Under the pieces are notes generated by a model. That model ran no database searches. It had not been told where the DNA came from and saw only the letters and a list, made by a program, of their open reading frames with translations. 64,000 nucleotides of DNA from Auanema rhodensis (Eukaryota; Animalia; Nematoda): positions 21,080,001-21,144,000 of the forward strand of contig OZ059895.1 of the NCBI GenBank assembly GCA_964057225.1, written 5' to 3'. The position numbers were made by a program, and so were the translations under genes. Shown here piece by piece: positions 30,201-45,000 of this stretch; position 1 is the stretch's first letter; the number at the start of each line of letters is the position of its first letter.

Positions 30201-32559
30201 TTTTTATTAATATTGGTGAATGGTAACCATGACTTTGAAATTTACGTGAACTTTAATTTATGCTAATTAAGTGTACACATGATGTGCACTTGGTATGTAA
30301 CTCGCTTCACGTGAAAGATGAAGAGATGCGGTTTTCAAAATTAGATTCCTCATGTCCATATTAGTCTAAAAACACATTTTTGTTGATATAGGTGGATGGT
30401 AACCATGACTTTGAAATTTACGTGAACTTCAATTTATGCTAATTAAGTGTACACATGATGTGCACTTGGTATGTAATTCGCTTCAAGTCAAAGATAAAGA
30501 GATGCGGTTTTCAAAATTAGATTCCCTATGTCCATATTAGTCTAAAAACAAATTTTTATTAATATTGGTGAATGGTAACCATGACTTTGAAATTTACGTG
30601 AACTTTAATTTATGCTAATTAAGTGTACACATGATGTGCACTTGGTATGTAACTCGCTTCACGTGAAAGATAAAGAGATGCGGTTTTCAAAATAGATTCC
30701 CCATTTCCATATTAGTCTAAAAACAAATTTTTATTGATATTGCTGCATGGCAACCATGACTTTAAAATTTACGTGAACTTTAATTTATGCTAATTAAGTG
30801 TACACATGATGTGCACTTGGTATGTAACTCGCTTTACGTCAAAGATAAAGAGATGCGGTTTTCAAAATTAGATTCCCCATGTCCATATTAGTCTAAAAAC
30901 AAATTTTTATTAATATTGGTGCATGGTAACCATGACTTTGAAATTTACGTGAACTTAAATTTATGCTAATTAAGTGTACACATGATGTGCACTTGGTATG
31001 TAACTCGCTTCACGTCAAAGATAAAGAGATGCGGTTTTCAAAATTAGATTCCCCATGTCCATATTAGTCTAAAAACAAATTTTTATTAATATTGGTGCAT
31101 GGTAACCATGACTTTGAAATTTACGTGAACTTTAATTTATGCTAATTAAGTGTACACATGATGTGCACTTGGTATGTAACTCGCTTCACGTGAAAGATGA
31201 AGAGATGCGGTTTTCAAAATTAGATTCCTCATGTCCATATTAGTCTAAAAACAAATTTTTATTGATATTGGTGCATGGCAACCATGACTTTAAAATTTAC
31301 GTGAACTTTAATTTATGCTAATTAAGTGTACACATGATGTGCACTTGGTATGTAATTCGCTTCAAGTCAAAGATAAAGAGATGCGGTTTTCAAAATTAGA
31401 TTCCCTATGTCCATATTAGTCTAAAAACAAATTTTTATTAATATTGGTGAATGGTAACCATGACTTTGAAATTTACGTGAACTTTAATTTATGCTAATTA
31501 AGTGTACACATGATGTGCACTTGGTATGTAACTCGCTTCACGTGAAAGATGAAGAGATGCGGTTTTCAAAATTAGATTCCTCATGTCCATATTAGTCTAA
31601 AAACACATTTTTGTTGATATAGGTGGATGGTAACCATGACTTTGAAATTTACGTGAACTTCAATTTATGCTAATTAAGTGTACACATGATGTGCACTTGG
31701 TATGTAATTCGCTTCAAGTCAAAGATAAAGAGATGCGGTTTTCAAAATTAGATTCCCTATGTCCATATTAGTCTAAAAACAAATTTTTATTAATATTGGT
31801 GAATGGTAACCATGACTTTGAAATTTACGTGAACTTTAATTCATGCTAATTAAGTGTACACATGATGTGCACTTGGTATGTAACTCGCTTCACGTGAAAG
31901 ATAAAGAGATGCGGTTTTCAAAATAGATTCCCCATTTCCATATTAGTCTAAAAACAAATTTTTATTGATATTGCTGCATGGCAACCATGACTTTAAAATT
32001 TACGTGAACTTTAATTTATGCTAATTAAGTGTACACATGATGTGCACTTGGTATGTAACTCGCTTTACGTCAAAGATAAAGAGATGCGGTTTTCAAAATT
32101 AGATTCCCCATGTCCATATTAGTCTAAAAACAAATTTTTATTATTATTGGTGCATGGTAACCATGACTTTGAAATTTACGTGATCTTTAATTTATGCTAA
32201 TTAAGTGTACACATGATGTGCACTTGGTATGTAACTCGCTTTACGTCAAAGATAAAGAGATACGGTTTTTAAAATTAGATTCCCCATTTCCATGTTAGTC
32301 TAAAAACAAATTTTTATTGATATTGGTGCATGGCAACCATGACTTTAAAATTTACGTGAACTTAAATTTATGCTAATTAAGTGTACACATGTTGTGCACT
32401 TGGTATGTAACTCGCTTCACGTCAAAGATAAAGAGATGCGGTTTTCAAAATTAGATTCCCCATGTCCATATTAGTCTAAAAACAAATTTTTATTAATATT
32501 GGTGCATGGTAACCATGACTTTGAAATTTACGTGAACTTTAATTTATGCTAATTAAGTG
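27273..32559 (+). repeat. Long-range copy of 6690-11976 (offset 20,583)
   Basis: Same ordered series of diagnostic monomers, with a few differences (8229/28812, 8915/29498, private GGTTATCA at 28751). Confidence 0.88.
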
Positions 32560-35500
32560 TACACATGATGTGCACTTGGTATGCAACTCGCTTCACGTGA
32601 AAGATGAAGAGATGCGGTTTTCAAAATTAGATTCCCCATGTCCATATTAGTCTAAAAACAAATTTTTATTAATATTGGTGCATGGTAACCATGACTTTGA
32701 AATTTACGTGTACTTCAATTTATGCTAATTAAGTGTACACGTGATGTGCGCTTGGTATGTAACTCGCTTCACGTGAAAGATGAAGAGATGCGGTTTTCAA
32801 AATTAGATTCCCCATGTCCATATTAGTCTAAAAACAAATTTTTATTAATATTGGTGCATGGTAACCATGACTTTGAAATTTACGTGAACTTCAATTTATG
32901 CTAATTAAGTGTACACGTGATGTGCGCTTGGTATGTAACTCGCTTCACGTGAAAGATGAAGAGATGCGGTTTTCAAAATTAGATTTCCCATTTCCATATT
33001 AGTCTAAAAACAAATTTTTATTGATATTGGTGCATGGTAACCATGACTTTGAAATTTACGTGAACTTCAATTTATGCTAATTAAGTGTACACATGATGTG
33101 CACTTGGTATGTAACTCGCTTCAAGTCAAAGATAAAGAGATGCGGTTTTCAAAATTAGATTCCCTATGTCCATATTAGTCTAAAAACAAATTTTTATTAA
33201 TATTGGTGCATGGTAACCATGACTTTGAAATTTACGTGAACTTTAATTTATGCTAATTAAGTGTACACGTGATGTGCACTTGGTATGTAACTCGCTTCAC
33301 GTGAAAGATAAAGAGATGCGGTTTTCAAAATTAGATTCCCCATTTCCAAATTAGTCTAAAAACAAATTTTTATTGATATTGGTGCATGGTAACCATGACT
33401 TTGAAATTTACGTGAACTTTAATTTATGCTAATTAAGTGTACACATGATGTGCACTTGGTATGCAACTCGCTTCACGTGAAAGATGAAGAGATGCGGTTT
33501 TCAAAATTAGATTCCCCATGTCCATATTAGTCTAAAAACAAATTTTTATTAATATTGGTGCATGGTAACCATGACTTTGAAATTTACGTGAACTTTAATT
33601 TATGCTAATTAAGTGTACACATGATGTGCACTTGGTATGTAACTCGCTTCACGTCAAAGATAAAGAGATGCGGTTTTCAAAATTAGATTCCACATGTCCA
33701 TATTAGTCTAAAAACGAATTTTCATTGATATTGGTGCATGGTAACCATGACTTTGAAATTTACGTGAACTTTAATTTATGCTAATTAAGTGTACACATGA
33801 TGTGCACTTGGTATGTAACTCGCTTCACGTGAAAGATAAAGGGATGCGGTTTTCAAAATTAGATTACCCATGTCCATATTAGTCTAAAAACAAATTTTTA
33901 TTGATATTGGTGCATGGTAACCATGACTTTGAAATTTACGTGAACTTTAATTTATGCTAATTAAGTGTACACATGATGTGCACTTGGTATGTAACTCGCT
34001 TCACGTGAAAGATAAAGAGATGCGGTTTTCAAAATAGATTCCCCATTTCCATATTAGTCTAAAAACAAATTTTTATTGATATTGCTGCATGGCAACCATG
34101 ACTTTAAAATTTACGTGAACTTTAATTTATGCTAATTAAGTGTACACATGATGTGCACTTGGTATGTAACTCGCTTTACGTCAAAGATAAAGAGATGCGG
34201 TTTTCAAAATTAGATTCCCCATGTCCATATTAGTCTAAAAACAAATTTTTATTAATATTGGTGCATGGTAACCATGACTTTGAAATTTACGTGAACTTAA
34301 ATTTATGCTAATTAAGTGTACACATGATGTGCACTTGGTATGTAACTCGCTTCACGTCAAAGATAAAGAGATGCGGTTTTCAAAATTAGATTCCCCATGT
34401 CCATATTAGTCTAAAAACAAATTTTTATTAATATTGGTGCATGGTAACCATGACTTTGAAATTTACGTGAACTTTAATTTATGCTAATTAAGTGTACACA
34501 TGATGTGCACTTGGTATGTAACTCGCTTCACGTGAAAGATGAAGAGATGCGGTTTTCAAAATTAGATTCCTCATGTCCATATTAGTCTAAAAACAAATTT
34601 TTATTGATATTGGTGCATGGCAACCATGACTTTAAAATTTACGTGAACTTTAATTTATGCTAATTAAGTGTACACATGATGTGCACTTGGTATGTAATTC
34701 GCTTCAAGTCAAAGATAAAGAGATGCGGTTTTCAAAATTAGATTCCCTATGTCCATATTAGTCTAAAAACAAATTTTTATTAATATTGGTGAATGGTAAC
34801 CATGACTTTGAAATTTACGTGAACTTTAATTTATGCTAATTAAGTGTACACATGATGTGCACTTGGTATGTAACTCGCTTCACGTGAAAGATGAAGAGAT
34901 GCGGTTTTCAAAATTAGATTCCTCATGTCCATATTAGTCTAAAAACACATTTTTGTTGATATAGGTGGATGGTAACCATGACTTTGAAATTTACGTGAAC
35001 TTCAATTTATGCTAATTAAGTGTACACATGATGTGCACTTGGTATGTAACTCGCTTTATGTCAAAGATAAAGAGATGCGGTTTTCAAAATTAGATTCCCC
35101 ATGTCCATATTAGTCTAAAAACAAATTTTTATTATTATTGGTGCATGGTAACCATGACTTTGAAATTTACGTGATCTTTAATTTATGCTAATTAAGTGTA
35201 CACATGATGTGCACTTGGTATGTAACTCGCTTTACGTCAAAGATAAAGAGATACGGTTTTTAAAATTAGATTCCCCATTTCCATGTTAGTCTAAAAACAA
35301 ATTTTTATTGATATTGGTGCATGGCAACCATGACTTTAAAATTTACGTGAACTTAAATTTATGCTAATTAAGTGTACACATGTTGTGCACTTGGTATGTA
35401 ACTCGCTTCACGTCAAAGATAAAGAGATGCGGTTTTCAAAATTAGATTCCCCATGTCCATATTAGTCTAAAAACAAATTTTTATTAATATTGGTGCATGG

Positions 35501-38500
35501 TAACCATGACTTTGAAATTTACGTGAACTTTAATTTATGCTAATTAAGTGTACACATGATGTGCACTTGGTATGCAACTCGCTTCACGTGAAAGATGAAG
35601 AGATGCGGTTTTCAAAATTAGATTCCCCATGTCCATATTAGTCTAAAAACAAATTTTTATTAATATTGGTGCATGGTAACCATGACTTTGAAATTTACGT
35701 GTACTTCAATTTATGCTAATTAAGTGTACACGTGATGTGCGCTTGGTATGTAACTCGCTTCACGTGAAAGATGAAGAGATGCGGTTTTCAAAATTAGATT
35801 CCCCATGTCCATATTAGTCTAAAAACAAATTTTTATTAATATTGGTGCATGGTAACCATGACTTTGAAATTTACGTGAACTTCAATTTATGCTAATTAAG
35901 TGTACACGTGATGTGCGCTTGGTATGTAACTCGCTTCACGTGAAAGATGAAGAGATGCGGTTTTCAAAATTAGATTTCCCATTTCCATATTAGTCTAAAA
36001 ACAAATTTTTATTGATATTGGTGCATGGTAACCATGACTTTGAAATTTACGTGAACTTCAATTTATGCTAATTAAGTGTACACATGATGTGCACTTGGTA
36101 TGTAACTCGCTTCAAGTCAAAGATAAAGAGATGCGGTTTTCAAAATTAGATTCCCTATGTCCATATTAGTCTAAAAACAAATTTTTATTAATATTGGTGC
36201 ATGGTAACCATGACTTTGAAATTTACGTGAACTTTAATTTATGCTAATTAAGTGTACACGTGATGTGCACTTGGTATGTAACTCGCTTCACGTGAAAGAT
36301 AAAGAGATGCGGTTTTCAAAATTAGATTCCCCATTTCCAAATTAGTCTAAAAACAAATTTTTATTGATATTGGTGCATGGTAACCATGACTTTGAAATTT
36401 ACGTGAACTTTAATTTATGCTAATTAAGTGTACACATGATGTGCACTTGGTATGCAACTCGCTTCACGTGAAAGATGAAGAGATGCGGTTTTCAAAATTA
36501 GATTCCCCATGTCCATATTAGTCTAAAAACAAATTTTTATTAATATTGGTGCATGGTAACCATGACTTTGAAATTTACGTGAACTTTAATTTATGCTAAT
36601 TAAGTGTACACATGATGTGCACTTGGTATGTAACTCGCTTCACGTCAAAGATAAAGAGATGCGGTTTTCAAAATTAGATTCCACATGTCCATATTAGTCT
36701 AAAAACGAATTTTCATTGATATTGGTGCATGATAACCATGACTTTGAAATTTACGTGAACTTTAATTTATGCTAATTAAGTGTACACATGATGTGCACTT
36801 GGTATGTAACTCGCTTCACGTGAAAGATAAAGGGATGCGGTTTTCAAAATTAGATTACCCATGTCCATATTAGTCTAAAAACAAATTTTTATTGATATTG
36901 GTGCATGGTAACCATGACTTTGAAATTTACGTGAACTTTAATTTATGCTTATTAAGTGTACACGTGATGTGCACTTGGTATGTAACTCGCTTCACGTGAA
37001 AGATAAAGGGATGCGGTTTTCAAAATTAGATTCCCCATGTCCATATTAGTCTAAAAACAAATTTTTATTGATATTGGTGCATGGTAACCATGACTTTGAA
37101 ATTTACGTGAACTTCAAATTATGCTAATTAAGTGTACACGTGATGTGCGCTTGGTATGTAACTCGCTTCACGTGAAAGATGAAGAGATGCGGTTTTAAAA
37201 ATAGATTCCCCATTTCCATATTAGTCTAAAAACAAATTTTTATTGATATTGGTGCATGGTAACCATGACTTTGAAATTTACGTGAACTTCAATTTATGCT
37301 AATTAAGTGTACACATGATGTGCACTTGGTATGTAACTCGCTTCAAGTCAAAGATAAAGAGATGCGGTTTTCAAAATTAGATTCCCTATGTCCATATTAG
37401 TCTAAAAACAAATTTTTATTAATATTGGTGCATGGTAACCATGACTTTGAAATTTACGTGAACTTCAATTTATGCTAATTAAGTGTACACGTGATGTGCG
37501 CTTGGTATGTAACTCGCTTCACGTGAAAGATGAAGAGATGCGGTTTTCAAAATTAGATTCCCCATTTCCATATTAGCCTAAAAACAAATTTTTATTGATA
37601 TTGGTGCATGGTAACCATGACTTTGAAATTTACGTGAACTTCAATTTATGCTAATTAAGTGTACACATGATGTGCACTTGGTATGTAACTCGCTTCAAGT
37701 CAAAGATAAAGAGATGCGGTTTTCAAAATTAGATTCCCTATGTCCATATTAGTCTAAAAACAAATTTTTATTAATATTGGTGCATGGTAACCATGACTTT
37801 GAAATTTACGTGAACTTTAATTTATGCTAATTAAGTGTACACGTGATGTGCACTTGGTATGTAACTCGCTTCACGTGAAAGATAAAGAGATGCGGTTTTC
37901 AAAATTAGATTCCCCATTTCCAAATTAGTCTAAAAACAAATTTTTATTAATATTGGTGCATGGTAACCATGACTTTGAAATTTACGTGAACTTTAATTTA
38001 TGCTAATTAAGTGTACACATGATGTGCACTTGGTATGTAACTCGCTTCACGTCAAAGATAAAGAGATGCGGTTTTCAAAATTAGATTCCCCATGTCCATA
38101 TTAGTCTAAAAACAAATTTTTATTAATATTGGTGCATGGTAACCATGACTTTGAAATTTACGTGAACTTTAATTTATGCTAATTAAGTGTACACATGATG
38201 TGCACTTGGTATGTAACTCGCTTCACGTGAAAGATGAAGAGATGCGGTTTTCAAAATTAGATTCCTCATGTCCATATTAGACTAAAAACGAATTTTTATT
38301 GATATTGGTGCATGGTAACCATGACTTTAAAATTTACGTGAACTTTAATTTATGCTAATTAAGTGTACACATGATGTGCACTTGGTATGTAACTCGCTTC
38401 ATGTGAAAGATGAAGAGATGCGGTTTTCAAAATTAGATTCCCCATGTCCATATTAGTCTAAAAACAAATTTTTATTAATATTGGTGCATGGTAACCATGA

Positions 38501-39234
38501 CTTTGAAATTTACGTGAACTTTAATTTATGCTAATTAAGTGTACACATGATGTGCACTTGGTATGCAACTCGCTTCACGTGAAAGATGAAGAGATGCGGT
38601 TTTCAAAATTAGATTCCCCATGTCCATATTAGTCTAAAAACAAATTTTTATTAATATTGGTGCATGGTAACCATGACTTTGAAATTTACGTGTACTTCAA
38701 TTTATGCTAATTAAGTGTACACGTGATGTGCGCTTGGTATGTAACTCGCTTCACGTGAAAGATGAAGAGATGCGGTTTTCAAAATTAGATTCCCCATGTC
38801 CATATTAGTCTAAAAACAAATTTTTATTAATATTGGTGCATGGTAACCATGACTTTGAAATTTACGTGAACTTCAATTTATGCTAATTAAGTGTACACGT
38901 GATGTGCGCTTGGTATGTAACTCGCTTCACGTGAAAGATGAAGAGATGCGGTTTTCAAAATTAGATTTCCCATTTCCATATTAGTCTAAAAACAAATTTT
39001 TATTGATATTGGTGCATGGTAACCATGACTTTGAAATTTACGTGAACTTCAATTTATGCTAATTAAGTGTACACATGATGTGCACTTGGTATGTAACTCG
39101 CTTCAAGTCAAAGATAAAGAGATGCGGTTTTCAAAATTAGATTCCCTATGTCCATATTAGTCTAAAAACAAATTTTTATTAATATTGGTGCATGGTAACC
39201 ATGACTTTGAAATTTACGTGAACTTTAATTTATG

Positions 39235-41346
39235 CTAATTAAGTGTACACGTGATGTGCACTTGGTATGTAACTCGCTTCACGTGAAAGATAAAGAGATG
39301 CGGTTTTCAAAATTAGATTCCCCATTTCCAAATTAGTCTAAAAACAAATTTTTATTGATATTGGTGCATGGTAACCATGACTTTGAAATTTACGTGAACT
39401 TTAATTTATGCTAATTAAGTGTACACATGATGTGCACTTGGTATGCAACTCGCTTCACGTGAAAGATAAAGAGATGCGGTTTTCAAAATTAGATTCCCCA
39501 TGTCCATATTAGTCTAAAAACAAATTTTTATTAATATTGGTGCATGGTAACCATGACTTTGAAATTTACGTGAACTTTAATTTATGCTAATTAAGTGTAC
39601 ACATGATGTGCACTTGGTATGTAACTCGCTTCATGTGAAAGATGAAGAGATGCGGTTTTCAAAATTAGATTCCCCATGTCCATATTAGTCTAAAAACAAA
39701 TTTTTATTGATATTGGTGCATGGTAACCATGACTTTGAAATTTACGTGAACTTTAATTTATGCTAATTAAGTGTACACATGATGTGCACTTGGTATGCAA
39801 CTCGCTTCACGTGAAAGATAAAGAGATGCGGTTTTCAAAATTAGATTCCCCATTTCCAAATTAGTCTAAAAACAAATTTTTATTAATATTGGTGCATGGT
39901 AACCATGACTTTGAAATTTACGTGAACTTTAATTTATGCTAATTAAGTGTACACATGATGTGCACTTGGTATGTAACTCGCTTCACGTCAAAGATAAAGA
40001 GATGCGGTTTTCAAAATTAGATTCCCCATGTCCATATTAGTCTAAAAACAAATTTTTATTAATATTGGTGCATGGTAACCATGACTTTGAAATTTACGTG
40101 AACTTTAATTTATGCTAATTAAGTGTACACATGATGTGCACTTGGTATGTAACTCGCTTCATGTGAAAGATAAAGAGATGCGGTTTTCAAAATTAGATTC
40201 CCCATTTCCAAATTAGTCTAAAAACAAATTTTTATTGATATTGGTGCATGGTAACCATGACTTTGAAATTTACGTGAACTTTAATTTATGCTAATTAAGT
40301 GTACACATGATGTGCACTTGGTATGTAACTCGCTTCACGTGAAAGATAAAGAGATGCGGTTTTCAAAATTAGATTCCCCATTTCCAAATTAGTCTAAAAA
40401 CAAATTTTTATTGATATTGGTGCATGGTAACCATGACTTTGAAATTTACGTGAACTTTAATTTATGCTAATTAAGTGTACACATGATGTGCACTTGGTAT
40501 GCAACTCGCTTCACGTGAAAGATAAAGAGATGCGGTTTTCAAAATTAGATTCCCCATGTCCATATTAGTCTAAAAACAAATTTTTATTAATATTGGTGCA
40601 TGGTAACCATGACTTTGAAATTTACGTGAACTTTAATTTATGCTAATTAAGTGTACACATGATGTGCACTTGGTATGTAACTCGCTTCATGTGAAAGATG
40701 AAGAGATGCGGTTTTCAAAATTAGATTCCCCATGTCCATATTAGTCTAAAAACAAATTTTTATTGATATTGGTGCATGGTAACCATGACTTTGAAATTTA
40801 CGTGAACTTTAATTTATGCTAATTAAGTGTACACATGATGTGCACTTGGTATGCAACTCGCTTCACGTGAAAGATAAAGAGATGCGGTTTTCAAAATTAG
40901 ATTCCCCATTTCCAAATTAGTCTAAAAACAAATTTTTATTAATATTGGTGCATGGTAACCATGACTTTGAAATTTACGTGAACTTTAATTTATGCTAATT
41001 AAGTGTACACATGATGTGCACTTGGTATGTAACTCGCTTCACGTCAAAGATAAAGAGATGCGGTTTTCAAAATTAGATTCCCCATGTCCATATTAGTCTA
41101 AAAACAAATTTTTATTAATATTGGTGCATGGTAACCATGACTTTGAAATTTACGTGAACTTTAATTTATGCTAATTAAGTGTACACATGATGTGCACTTG
41201 GTATGTAACTCGCTTCATGTGAAAGATAAAGAGATGCGGTTTTCAAAATTAGATTCCCCATTTCCAAATTAGTCTAAAAACAAATTTTTATTGATATTGG
41301 TGCATGGTAACCATGACTTTGAAATTTACGTGAACTTTAATTTATG
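39235..41346 (+). repeat. Tandem 6-monomer duplication (1,056 bp x2)
   Basis: TATGCAAC+GATAAAG monomers at 39411/40467; TTCATGTGAAAGATAAAG+CCAAATT monomers at 40115/41171. Confidence 0.8.
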
Positions 41347-42050
41347 CTAATTAAGTGTACACATGATGTGCACTTGGTATGCAACTCGCTTCACGTGAAA
41401 GATAAAGAGATGCGGTTTTCAAAATTAGATTCCCCATTTCCAAATTAGTCTAAAAACAAATTTTTATTAATATTGGTGCATGGTAACCATGACTTTGAAA
41501 TTTACGTGAACTTTAATTTATGCTAATTAAGTGTACACATGATGTGCACTTGGTATGTAACTCGCTTCACGTCAAAGATAAAGAGATGCGGTTTTCAAAA
41601 TTAGATTCCCCATGTCCATATTAGTCTAAAAACAAATTTTTATTAATATTGGTGCATGGTAACCATGACTTTGAAATTTACGTGAACTTTAATTTATGCT
41701 AATTAAGTGTACACATGATGTGCACTTGGTATGTAACTCGCTTCACGTGAAAGATGAAGAGATGCGGTTTTCAAAATTAGATTCCTCATGTCCATATTAG
41801 ACTAAAAACGAATTTTTATTGATATTGGTGCATGGTAACCATGACTTTGAAATTTACGTGAACTTTAATTTATGCTAATTAAGTGTACACATGATGTGCA
41901 CTTGGTATGTAACTCGCTTCATGTGAAAGATGAAGAGATGCGGTTTTCAAAATTAGATTCCCCATGTCCATATTAGTCTAAAAACAAATTTTTATTAATA
42001 TTGGTGCATGGTAACCATGACTTTGAAATTTACGTGAACTTTAATTTATG

Positions 42051-45000
42051 CTAATTAAGTGTACACATGATGTGCACTTGGTATGCAACTCGCTTCACGT
42101 GAAAGATGAAGAGATGCGGTTTTCAAAATTAGATTCCCCATGTCCATATTAGTCTAAAAACAAATTTTTATTAATATTGGTGCATGGTAACCATGACTTT
42201 GAAATTTACGTGTACTTCAATTTATGCTAATTAAGTGTACACGTGATGTGCGCTTGGTATGTAACTCGCTTCACGTGAAAGATGAAGAGATGCGGTTTTC
42301 AAAATTAGATTCCCCATGTCCATATTAGTCTAAAAACAAATTTTTATTAATATTGGTGCATGGTAACCATGACTTTGAAATTTACGTGAACTTCAATTTA
42401 TGCTAATTAAGTGTACACGTGATGTGCGCTTGGTATGTAACTCGCTTCACGTGAAAGATGAAGAGATGCGGTTTTCAAAATTAGATTTCCCATTTCCATA
42501 TTAGTCTAAAAACAAATTTTTATTGATATTGGTGCATGGTAACCATGACTTTGAAATTTACGTGAACTTCAATTTATGCTAATTAAGTGTACACATGATG
42601 TGCACTTGGTATGTAACTCGCTTCAAGTCAAAGATAAAGAGATGCGGTTTTCAAAATTAGATTCCCTATGTCCATATTAGTCTAAAAACAAATTTTTATT
42701 AATATTGGTGCATGGTAACCATGACTTTGAAATTTACGTGAACTTTAATTTATGCTAATTAAGTGTACACGTGATGTGCACTTGGTATGTAACTCGCTTC
42801 ACGTGAAAGATAAAGAGATGCGGTTTTCAAAATTAGATTCCCCATTTCCAAATTAGTCTAAAAACAAATTTTTATTGATATTGGTGCATGGTAACCATGA
42901 CTTTGAAATTTACGTGAACTTTAATTTATGCTAATTAAGTGTACACATGATGTGCACTTGGTATGCAACTCGCTTCACGTGAAAGATGAAGAGATGCGGT
43001 TTTCAAAATTAGATTCCCCATGTCCATATTAGTCTAAAAACAAATTTTTATTAATATTGGTGCATGGTAACCATGACTTTGAAATTTACGTGAACTTTAA
43101 TTTATGCTAATTAAGTGTACACATGATGTGCACTTGGTATGTAACTCGCTTCACGTCAAAGATAAAGAGATGCGGTTTTCAAAATTAGATTCCACATGTC
43201 CATATTAGTCTAAAAACGAATTTTCATTGATATTGGTGCATGATAACCATGACTTTGAAATTTACGTGAACTTTAATTTATGCTAATTAAGTGTACACAT
43301 GATGTGCACTTGGTATGTAACTCGCTTCACGTGAAAGATAAAGGGATGCGGTTTTCAAAATTAGATTACCCATGTCCATATTAGTCTAAAAACAAATTTT
43401 TATTGATATTGGTGCATGGTAACCATGACTTTGAAATTTACGTGAACTTTAATTTATGCTTATTAAGTGTACACGTGATGTGCACTTGGTATGTAACTCG
43501 CTTCACGTGAAAGATAAAGGGATGCGGTTTTCAAAATTAGATTCCCCATGTCCATATTAGTCTAAAAACAAATTTTTATTGATATTGGTGCATGGTAACC
43601 ATGACTTTGAAATTTACGTGAACTTCAAATTATGCTAATTAAGTGTACACGTGATGTGCGCTTGGTATGTAACTCGCTTCACGTGAAAGATGAAGAGATG
43701 CGGTTTTCAAAATAGATTCCCCATTTCCATATTAGTCTAAAAACAAATTTTTATTGATATTGGTGCATGGTAACCATGACTTTGAAATTTACGTGAACTT
43801 CAATTTATGCTAATTAAGTGTACACATGATGTGCACTTGGTATGTAACTCGCTTCAAGTCAAAGATAAAGAGATGCGGTTTTCAAAATTAGATTCCCTAT
43901 GTCCATATTAGTCTAAAAACAAATTTTTATTAATATTGGTGCATGGTAACCATGACTTTGAAATTTACGTGAACTTCAATTTATGCTAATTAAGTGTACA
44001 CGTGATGTGCGCTTGGTATGTAACTCGCTTCACGTGAAAGATGAAGAGATGCGGTTTTCAAAATTAGATTCCCCATTTCCATATTAGCCTAAAAACAAAT
44101 TTTTATTGATATTGGTGCATGGTAACCATGACTTTGAAATTTACGTGAACTTCAATTTATGCTAATTAAGTGTACACATGATGTGCACTTGGTATGTAAC
44201 TCGCTTCAAGTCAAAGATAAAGAGATGCGGTTTTCAAAATTAGATTCCCTATGTCCATATTAGTCTAAAAACAAATTTTTATTAATATTGGTGCATGGTA
44301 ACCATGACTTTGAAATTTACGTGAACTTTAATTTATGCTAATTAAGTGTACACGTGATGTGCACTTGGTATGTAACTCGCTTCACGTGAAAGATAAAGAG
44401 ATGCGGTTTTCAAAATTAGATTCCCCATTTCCAAATTAGTCTAAAAACAAATTTTTATTAATATTGGTGCATGGTAACCATGACTTTGAAATTTACGTGA
44501 ACTTTAATTTATGCTAATTAAGTGTACACATGATGTGCACTTGGTATGTAACTCGCTTCACGTCAAAGATAAAGAGATGCGGTTTTCAAAATTAGATTCC
44601 CCATGTCCATATTAGTCTAAAAACAAATTTTTATTAATATTGGTGCATGGTAACCATGACTTTGAAATTTACGTGAACTTTAATTTATGCTAATTAAGTG
44701 TACACATGATGTGCACTTGGTATGTAACTCGCTTCACGTGAAAGATGAAGAGATGCGGTTTTCAAAATTAGATTCCTCATGTCCATATTAGACTAAAAAC
44801 GAATTTTTATTGATATTGGTGCATGGTAACCATGACTTTGAAATTTACGTGAACTTTAATTTATGCTAATTAAGTGTACACATGATGTGCACTTGGTATG
44901 TAACTCGCTTCATGTGAAAGATGAAGAGATGCGGTTTTCAAAATTAGATTCCCCATGTCCATATTAGTCTAAAAACAAATTTTTATTGATATTGGTGCAT

